A stretch of DNA of 64,000 nt from Parcubacteria group bacterium (GTDB taxonomy: Bacteria > Patescibacteriota > Microgenomatia > UBA1400 > PJMF01): positions 97,702 to 161,701 of the forward strand of contig CALQZX010000001.1 of assembly GCA_943350175.1 (NCBI GenBank). Reading direction: 5' to 3'. The stretch's first letter is position 1; the number at the start of each line of letters is the position of its first letter. The translations under genes and the position numbers were made by a program. This document shows, piece after piece, positions 57,399 to 64,000 of this stretch. Under the pieces are notes generated by a model. That model saw nothing but the letters and a program-made list of their open reading frames with translations, searched no databases and was not told the DNA's origin.

Positions 57399-57947
57399 AT
57401 GAAATACAAATTAGGCGACTTCTTCAAACAGAGAAAAGGGTTCATTCAAATTGAAGATACTAAGGAGTATAAACGCTGCCGTTTGCAGGTTAGAGCTCGA
57501 GGTATTGTCTTGAGAGATATTGTCCCCGGATCAAAAATAAAAACAAAAAAGCAGCAGGTTTGTCTAGCTGGTGATTTTGTTGTGGCTGAGATCGATGCAA
57601 AAGTTGGAGGTTTTGGTTTTATCCCAAATGAACTTGATGGTTCTATTGTTAGCAGCCATTACTTTATTTTTGAAATAGATGAAAGCACCGTCTTAGCAGA
57701 ATATTTTGCTCTAATAATAAAATTAGAAGCTTTTCAAAGCAAATTTCGTGCAAGAGGTTCAACAAATTATGCAGCAATCAGGCCACATGACTTTTTGAAC
57801 ATTGATGTGGAAATTCCCAATCCAACAAAACAAACTGAAATAGTAAACAAGTACAAAAAAGCATCCAAACTAGAAGAAAAAATAAAAAACCAACTTGAGC
57901 TTCTTGATGAATTGAAAGAGAAAATTATCATCTATGAACAGGAATAG
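57399..57947 (+). CDS. hsdS: Half-size (single-TRD) specificity subunit
   Basis: KLGDF start, GDFVV, G.IVSS.Y, GSTNY, P...Q.EIV plus one coiled-coil conserved region; 182 aa. Confidence 0.8.
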   Translation: MKYKLGDFFKQRKGFIQIEDTKEYKRCRLQVRARGIVLRDIVPGSKIKTKKQQVCLAGDFVVAEIDAKVGGFGFIPNELDGSIVSSHYFIFEIDESTVLAEYFALIIKLEAFQSKFRARGSTNYAAIRPHDFLNIDVEIPNPTKQTEIVNKYKKASKLEEKIKNQLELLDELKEKIIIYEQE

Positions 57948-59685
57948 GGTAAAAAAAATATTTATCAGAAATTTCAGAAGTATTGGTCCAGAAGGTATAT
58001 GGATTGATTTGAATCATATTGTTGTTCTGGTTGGTCAAAATAACAGCGGAAAAAGCTCAATTCTTCGTGCCTTGAAGGTTATTACAGAAGGTGAAGGATC
58101 ATCTAAACTCACAATTGAAGACTTCCACCAAAACAAATTGGATAATTGCCCTGAGGTAATTTTGGAAACTTATGTTTTTGATCCAGCACTTCCAGGTACA
58201 GAGTGGATTATCACCGAACCAACAGGTGAACAATTTGTTAGAGAACGATGGCTTTGGGCTCTTCCAGATGTCTCACCAGTGAGAGTTGGTTGGAATCAGT
58301 CAAAAAATGGTTGGGCTTCTGCAGATACTAAGGAAGAAAAGTACCCATGGGGACCAGACAATATCGCTATGGCTCGAAGACCAGAGCCTCACGAAGTAAA
58401 CCCATTTGATGATCCAGAAAAGCAAGCTAATGAGATTGTAAAAATTCTCAATGCCCTGGTAAAAAGCAAGATATCTGCTCTTATATCTGACGACCAACTA
58501 AAACAGGAAAGAAAATACCAACAAATTGTTGATGAATTGAAGGTTCTAAGAAAAAGCGTGGTTGATGATGCCAAAGTTGAAATCGAAGAAATTGAGACGA
58601 AGCTCAATGATCTTGTTTCATCAGTTTTTGCTGGAAATAAAATTGAATTTGATCCACAACCTGAAGAAAAAGTTGAGGATGCTGTTCAAGCTGCACTAAT
58701 CAACATGAATGCTCAGCTCAAAATGGGGCCAGAAGGTGGTTATAAAGGAACGATTGAAAAACAAGGAAGTGGAGCTCGAAGAACATTGCTGTGGATTGCA
58801 TTGAAATTGACAGTCGAATTAGGTGGCGGAAAGAAAAAATCGAGAGGCAAAAAAGCTGAAACGAGTGTTGTTGAAGATCGTCCTCATGTTCTTTTGTTGA
58901 ACGAGCCAGAGATTTGTTTGCATCCAAGTGCGGTTAGAGACGCAAGAGATACTTTATACAAACTACCAGAGACCGGTAATTGGCAAGTTATGGTCACATC
59001 TCATTCGCCAATATTTATTGATATATCAAAAGATAATACAACCATCGTTAGAGTAGAAAAAGATATTACTGGAAAAGTATCAAGTGAAACAGTATTTCGT
59101 CCTGACTCAGCTCAGCTGACAGACGAAGAAAAGCTTCAATTGAAGTTGCTAAATATTTTTGATCCATATTTTGCAGAATTCTTCTTCGCGAAGCACATTA
59201 TTGTTGTAGAGGGTGATACTGAATACTCAGCATTTCGCTACCTACTTCAAGAAAAAGGTAATAGCTCAGTTCATATTCTGAGAGCGAGAGGTAAGGCCCC
59301 AATTGCTACGATTATAAAAATTCTCAATCATTTCAAATCAAGTTATGCTGTTTTGCATGATAGTGACACTCCAAAGTTAGATTCAGGAAAGAAAAACCCA
59401 GCTTGGACCGTAAATCAGTCTATTTTAGATGTGTTCTCTTCAAGAGAGTCTGGAACAAAAGCTCGGCTAGTAGCTAGCGTTCCTGATTTTGAACGAGCAT
59501 GTTTTGGTAGACAAGTGGAAAACGACAAGCCATATGAAACCATTACTGAACTATCTAATAGTCCAACTATGAAAGCTAGAACTGAACAGCTGCTAGACGC
59601 ATTGATTCAATTTGATAAGCCTTTGCCTGTTGGATTTATTGAATGGGGAAATCTTTCTGATCTTGAAAAGCAAGCTACAAAATAA
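57934..59685 (+). CDS. OLD-family ABC ATPase-TOPRIM nuclease
   Basis: IRNFRSI, GQNNSGKS, QGSGARR, LLLNEPEICLHP, TSHSP, VVEGDTE, LHDSD. Confidence 0.9.
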   Translation: MNRNRVKKIFIRNFRSIGPEGIWIDLNHIVVLVGQNNSGKSSILRALKVITEGEGSSKLTIEDFHQNKLDNCPEVILETYVFDPALPGTEWIITEPTGEQFVRERWLWALPDVSPVRVGWNQSKNGWASADTKEEKYPWGPDNIAMARRPEPHEVNPFDDPEKQANEIVKILNALVKSKISALISDDQLKQERKYQQIVDELKVLRKSVVDDAKVEIEEIETKLNDLVSSVFAGNKIEFDPQPEEKVEDAVQAALINMNAQLKMGPEGGYKGTIEKQGSGARRTLLWIALKLTVELGGGKKKSRGKKAETSVVEDRPHVLLLNEPEICLHPSAVRDARDTLYKLPETGNWQVMVTSHSPIFIDISKDNTTIVRVEKDITGKVSSETVFRPDSAQLTDEEKLQLKLLNIFDPYFAEFFFAKHIIVVEGDTEYSAFRYLLQEKGNSSVHILRARGKAPIATIIKILNHFKSSYAVLHDSDTPKLDSGKKNPAWTVNQSILDVFSSRESGTKARLVASVPDFERACFGRQVENDKPYETITELSNSPTMKARTEQLLDALIQFDKPLPVGFIEWGNLSDLEKQATK

Positions 59686-59698
59686 TGAAAGGATTCAA

Positions 59699-59911
59699 AT
59701 GCAAAGAATACCAGTAAATTCATCAAATATCGCTGCGATAGGTTACGATCCAGACTCAAGTATTTTAGAGATTGAATTCAATGATGGAAGTATTTACCAA
59801 TATTTTGGGGTTCCTGAGTTGGTCCATCAAGAATTGATGGATGCTGGATCACATGGAAAGTATTTTGCCCAGAATATCAAAAATGATTATGAATATAAAA
59901 AGGTAAACTAA
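59699..59911 (+). CDS. KTSC domain protein
   Basis: VNSSNIAAIGYD...LEIEF..G.IYQY.GVP...LM.AGS.GKYF..NIK. Confidence 0.92.
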   Translation: MQRIPVNSSNIAAIGYDPDSSILEIEFNDGSIYQYFGVPELVHQELMDAGSHGKYFAQNIKNDYEYKKVN

Positions 59912-59915
59912 TCTT

Positions 59916-60962
59916 ATGCCAAACATCATCTCTCTTGATCAAAAAACCAAAAGAACAAAAGTCAGTCAGTTTGAATTAGACAATGAAATTGTCTTCAATT
60001 ATTTCGATCGGTTATCCTCTGATCAGCGAGATGAGGCCTTTTTTCGGGCAATATACATTGGCGTTTTAGCATTGATGGAAGATAGATTATCTGCATTCTT
60101 GGCTAAAACTCAAAACGAACTGGGCACGCAGCTTGAAAGTCTCAAAATGATCTTTGAGATGAAGAAAGAAATCTTCTTCAAAACTGCTGTCAAAGGTATG
60201 ATTGCTGAAGACGACATTGCCAATTACTTGAATAGCTATTTTCTGGACAAGAAACTTCGTGACAAAGCAGAACTCACAGGAACCGAGGCTGGCGTAATTT
60301 CAGGCAATAAAACAGGTGATATTGTTTGTTCGGTGGATGGTGACGAGAAAAAACGAGTGGCCATTGAAATCAAGTTCGATAAGTCTATGAAGCTTGGTGA
60401 TATTAGTGACAAGGATATTTTTACTAAAAAACAAGATACTGCTTGGAGTCAGCTAATTGAGGCTTCTGCTAACAGAGGCACACAAGTCGCAATTATTGTT
60501 TTCGATAGGTCCTTAGTTGATGGGAGTATCCTCAAATTCACTGATTCCGTTGGTTTTATCTCTGGTGTTGGGTTTGTTGTGGTTGTTGATTCTCAAAAAG
60601 GTGATTATTCAAACTTAGTTGTTGCCTATAACTTGGCTAGAGACATAGTTCTTCATGCCAAGCAACTTGATTTGGATGATAAGGTGCTAACCATGCTTTG
60701 TAAACGAATGATCAGGGATATTGACATGCTGCTTGGTATTCGCCAGCTTGTGGTCCAAAACATCGAAACAAGCCAAGAAATAATGGCAAGAGTTCAAAAA
60801 TCATTACTACTAATGGAATTCAATCAAGAGTACCTAAGCAAATTCCTAAAGGATGGCAAGCTGTCTCAAACTGATTTACTGGCTTTTTACTCAGGTGAAG
60901 ATGTGAAAGCTAAGTACAGTGCGATTCAGCCTGAAATTGATTCCTTGCTCAGCAGTAACTAG
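59916..60962 (+). CDS. Coiled-coil protein with a putative PD-(D/E)XK nuclease domain
   Basis: KG..AE helix, TGDIV, VAIEIK; helical flanks (RmuC/DUF2130-like layout). Confidence 0.6.
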   Translation: MPNIISLDQKTKRTKVSQFELDNEIVFNYFDRLSSDQRDEAFFRAIYIGVLALMEDRLSAFLAKTQNELGTQLESLKMIFEMKKEIFFKTAVKGMIAEDDIANYLNSYFLDKKLRDKAELTGTEAGVISGNKTGDIVCSVDGDEKKRVAIEIKFDKSMKLGDISDKDIFTKKQDTAWSQLIEASANRGTQVAIIVFDRSLVDGSILKFTDSVGFISGVGFVVVVDSQKGDYSNLVVAYNLARDIVLHAKQLDLDDKVLTMLCKRMIRDIDMLLGIRQLVVQNIETSQEIMARVQKSLLLMEFNQEYLSKFLKDGKLSQTDLLAFYSGEDVKAKYSAIQPEIDSLLSSN

Positions 60963-61195
60963 CGAGCTTCCCAAGAGAAGCCGCATTTTTGACAGACATA
61001 TAGATTCTTAGGCTTTTTGACCCAAAGCACCCTGACAAAAAACAGTGCTGTCATAGCATTTCTACGAAAAGCATCACCTGTTGATTCTTTGACTATGCTG
61101 AGATCCTTACTACCGCATTTTGGGCATGGTGGATTCTTGTAGGTCAATGACCAGTGCAGATACCATTTGAAGAATTTTTTGATTTTTTCCATCAT
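60959..61195 (-). CDS. Small zinc-ribbon protein
   Basis: CPKCGS...hydrophobic segment...CQKCG. Confidence 0.7.
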   Translation of the reverse strand: MMEKIKKFFKWYLHWSLTYKNPPCPKCGSKDLSIVKESTGDAFRRNAMTALFFVRVLWVKKPKNLYVCQKCGFSWEAR

Positions 61196-61319
61196 ACATT
61201 TGTCCCTTTCCAAACTACTTTGTTGAGTAGTCTATTTAGTTTGAAACACGAGCAATATTATATCAAAACTCTACGAGTTGTGCGTTTACGATTTGTCACA
61301 AATCTTCAGAATGGGATCT

Positions 61320-61562
61320 ATGCTGTCAAAGCAAAGATTTACCATTATCTTAGGAAAGAACATTCGCCGAATTCGAGAAGAAAAAGGCATGACTCAGGAT
61401 GAGCTATCAGCTGAATGTGGTTTTTATCGGACCTATATCAATTTGGTAGAAACAGCTAAAAGGACACCTTCAAGCTTTTCACTATACAGAATTGCTAGAG
61501 GCCTGAAGATTTCTGTATCAGAGCTTTACCCAAAGACAGTGGGCTCTGACTTAGAAGATTAG
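61320..61562 (+). CDS. XRE family HTH regulator (C-protein-like)
   Basis: LGKNIRRIREEKGMTQDELS..RTYINLVE. Confidence 0.88.
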   Translation: MLSKQRFTIILGKNIRRIREEKGMTQDELSAECGFYRTYINLVETAKRTPSSFSLYRIARGLKISVSELYPKTVGSDLED

Positions 61563-61617
61563 TTTTTTGATAACAATTATCTTTGATTGCCGGTATTCAT
61601 ACCGGTTTTTTGTTTTA

Positions 61618-61763
61618 TTGGGTAAAGGGGTGGGTAAAAGTTGGGTAAAAGCTAGGGGAAATTGCCTTTACTGGACTTTTTATGATTGTAATTGCAGGTA
61701 AAGGCTGGGTAAAATTCGACTTTTAGGAATTTATTGTTCGGTGAAAGGTCGGTGAAAGATCGG
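61618..61763 (+). repeat. Two sets of 11-12-bp-period direct repeats
   Basis: GGGTAAA at 61620, 61632, 61643 and 61707; TTCGG/GTCGG/ATCGG at 61737, 61748 and 61759. Confidence 0.7.
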
Positions 61764-61883
61764 GAAAAACGGATATTTCCTATTTTTGAATTTATACAAT
61801 CAGACTCTAGTCACTTTCATGAGATACACTTTGATGTAGTAGAATACATCCACATTAGCCCAATAATGGTCTATATTGTATAT

Positions 61884-62387
61884 ATGACAACTTTATCTGT
61901 AAAAAACACCAGTAAAGTTTTTCAAATTGCCAACTACTTCATCAAGAAGGCTCAAGAGGAAAACAAAGAACTAACAAATAAAAAGTTGCAAAAACTTTTA
62001 TATTATTCTCAAGCTTGGTCGGTTACTTTGAGGGACAAATCAATCTTCGAAGACAATATCGAGGCTTGGGTTCATGGTCCAGCTATTCGCTCTGTTTATC
62101 ATCGATTCTCAGATTTTGGGAGAGAAAACCTTGCTTCAAAAGTTGATGTCACTAGTGCTCATTTCGATGAAATAACTACTGATGACAAAGAGTTGCTAAA
62201 TAAAATCTGGGAAATTTATGGAAAATATACAGCTAATGACTTAGAGGTCATTTCGCACTCCGAATCCCCTTGGCAGGATGCTAGAGAAGGCTTGGAGCCT
62301 TACGAAGCTTCTGCAAATATAATCACAATTGAATCCATGAAACAATATTATGGGCAAAGACAAAAAGAAGCGAAAAGCTCTTCGTAA
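61884..62387 (+). CDS. Panacea (DUF4065/SocA-like) antitoxin
   Basis: IANYFI, LTNKKLQKLLYYSQ, IEAWVHGP, SHSESPW. Confidence 0.92.
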   Translation: MTTLSVKNTSKVFQIANYFIKKAQEENKELTNKKLQKLLYYSQAWSVTLRDKSIFEDNIEAWVHGPAIRSVYHRFSDFGRENLASKVDVTSAHFDEITTDDKELLNKIWEIYGKYTANDLEVISHSESPWQDAREGLEPYEASANIITIESMKQYYGQRQKEAKSSS

Positions 62388-62862
62388 AGATAAAGCTCAA
62401 GAGTTTCATCAAATTCAAAATACTATTCACGAAGAGAATGTTGAGAGAAGCATTAGGTCTAAATATAAAATTCCTGGCAGTGTCGCTATTCCAACTATTG
62501 AAGAAGATCTATTACAAAAGATTGGCCAGTCTTCATTTTCTCTAATATTTCATTATTACAATCATAATATTTGTGCCCTTACTAAGGTAAACACTACCTC
62601 TCAAGCTGAACAAATTGTAAAAATACTAGACAACCTATCAAAATCCACGCCAAATAATGTGCATGATTTGATTAGGGATAGTATCCACAGAAAAAATGCT
62701 CAGGGAGACTATGCTCGTCTTTTTAGCAGTTTGCCGGAAGATACTGAGATTATTCATGAGTCAAGTTTTTGTGATGAAGGAAGAGTTTTCTTTTTCACCA
62801 TAAATGGCATAAAACAAAATTTTGCCTGCGTAGTCTCAATCAACCCACTGCATCTTTCATAA
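62350..62862 (+). CDS. Putative cognate toxin (possibly RelE-like fold)
   Basis: Overlaps the antitoxin by 38 nt; C-terminal GRVFFF...VVSINPLH pattern. Confidence 0.55.
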   Translation: MGKDKKKRKALRKDKAQEFHQIQNTIHEENVERSIRSKYKIPGSVAIPTIEEDLLQKIGQSSFSLIFHYYNHNICALTKVNTTSQAEQIVKILDNLSKSTPNNVHDLIRDSIHRKNAQGDYARLFSSLPEDTEIIHESSFCDEGRVFFFTINGIKQNFACVVSINPLHLS

Positions 62863-62946
62863 CAATTTATTTTATTTTCAGACGGTCTATCCCCTCACAT
62901 CTGAGCACGAGCTGTGCTTCTTGATTGACAGATAGTTCTGGTCCGT

Positions 62947-64000
62947 TTACGCTATCCCACCAATTGGGACTGAAGAAGTCTCAAAGTGAGGTTTTAGCCC
63001 TAAATATGGGGCTAATTTAGTTGTTCCAGAAGTTAAATCTGCATAGGTCGGCATACTATCAAAAATGAGTCCAAAGAAGGCTGCTCGTTTGAGTGGATTA
63101 GCTTGATCTATCAGTAATTCCTCTATGTGTTCCAGAAAATATCCAATGTGCTCCATGACATTACTCATATTGACTGATTTCTCGTCACTCTTGCGTCTTA
63201 ATTTTTCCTGTTCCAGTTCCTGAACATCTGTCTCTGCTTTAACTAAATCTGTCTCAAGATATTTAATTGCCACTTCGGATGTCAGATACCTAATTTTGTC
63301 TGCTGTAGCCTGTGCAGTGGCCTTTAGCTCCCGTATTTTGGTATCTATGATAGATTCATCCTCTTGTTTACTTTCAACCCGCTCATGCCATAGAGTTATG
63401 ACATATTTTTTAAGATCGTCGATATATTGCTGATCAAAGTTAAGGTTTCGCACAAATGTCTCAACAGCCTCTTCGAGCTCTTTTGAAGGTACTCTAAAAT
63501 AGTGTCCGCGTTTATTGCAGTGGTAAGCAGGATAATAGGCGCCGCTATGTCCCCGCGAGGCACTGCCAAATAAAGGTTTGCTACAATGAGGGCACATGAT
63601 TACCCGCTTGTATGGGAACTTGGGATTATTAATTAGCTTCTTGGTCATCCATTCAGGTAATTTCTTTTTCCATAACTTTACCTCGCCATCATTCTCAGAA
63701 AGTGTGAGTTTACCTTTATTCGCCTTATTAAACACTTCAATTGAAATAAGTCCGTCAAACTTACCTTTTACCACATTCCCTTCCGTCCACTTTTCACTAT
63801 TTATCCCAGCATAAATCGGGTTTTGAATATATCGCCAAAACTGCTTTATTCTTAGTCCTTTTCCTCCCCGCTCTCCAAGAACCTTAGTTCTATCTTGTGG
63901 GTTTCTGATATATCTCTTACGCGTTTTGTAGCCCATCGCATTTATTTCATCAACGATTTCCTGATCTGACAAAGTGCCACGAGCACGTAGCTCAAACATT
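62947..64000 (-). CDS. Large serine recombinase, C-terminal part (5' end outside the window)
   Basis: NPIYAG, GLIS.EVF, CPHC..LFGS.S.G..YP.YHC zinc ribbon, coiled coil. Confidence 0.88.
   Translation of the reverse strand, partial: MFELRARGTLSDQEIVDEINAMGYKTRKRYIRNPQDRTKVLGERGGKGLRIKQFWRYIQNPIYAGINSEKWTEGNVVKGKFDGLISIEVFNKANKGKLTLSENDGEVKLWKKKLPEWMTKKLINNPKFPYKRVIMCPHCSKPLFGSASRGHSGAYYPAYHCNKRGHYFRVPSKELEEAVETFVRNLNFDQQYIDDLKKYVITLWHERVESKQEDESIIDTKIRELKATAQATADKIRYLTSEVAIKYLETDLVKAETDVQELEQEKLRRKSDEKSVNMSNVMEHIGYFLEHIEELLIDQANPLKRAAFFGLIFDSMPTYADLTSGTTKLAPYLGLKPHFETSSVPIGGIA

Larger units (their letters stand above)
51145..64000. mobile_element. Defence island at tRNA-Lys(TTT) with two large serine recombinases; right end outside the window
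   Basis: Recombinase stop codon overlaps the tRNA 3' end; cargo of R-M, OLD and TA genes. Confidence 0.75.

Noticed and set aside
57934-59685. Gabija or retron-associated OLD system
   Set aside because: No UvrD-like GajB or reverse transcriptase nearby.
1-64000. Alternative genetic code (UGA=Gly, as in Gracilibacteria/SR1)
   Set aside because: Conserved genes are full length under code 11, and TGA ends genes such as prs-adjacent ORFs, miaA and the MacA-like gene.

Overview
Bacterial chromosomal window, standard code 11. Gene content and style point to a Patescibacteria (CPR) genome of the Microgenomates type (inference: reduced glycolysis/nucleotide genes, DUF5667, epmA-efp, short holA, tRNAs without encoded CCA, many apparently leaderless genes). 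It holds housekeeping genes (proS 5' end, prs, miaA/miaB, eno, gpmI, rplS, pyrG, lexA, PGI/PMI, PMM/PGM, holA, zur-znuACB, epmA, efp) and 12 tRNA genes. There are three accessory blocks: (i) 2.2-8.0 kb, a kinase-like/sulfotransferase-like fusion + histidine phosphatase + MmgE/PrpD + second gpmI operon between two tRNAs; (ii) 35.7-41.35 kb, an island at tRNA-Leu(TAG) with an IS481-like remnant and a MarR-ABC efflux operon; (iii) 51.1 kb to the window end, a serine-recombinase island at tRNA-Lys(TTT) with type I R-M carrying a half-size HsdS, OLD nuclease, KTSC, a PD-(D/E)XK protein and a Panacea toxin-antitoxin pair. The most unusual non-coding signal is a module repeated behind four different tRNAs: terminator, degenerate inverted copy of that tRNA's own 3' end, then a direct copy of its T-arm split by a hairpin insert. 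A catalytically degenerate second enolase, a dispersed REP-like family, a candidate sRNA and 11-bp-period direct repeats upstream of lexA were also seen. All calls are by eye; no searches were run.
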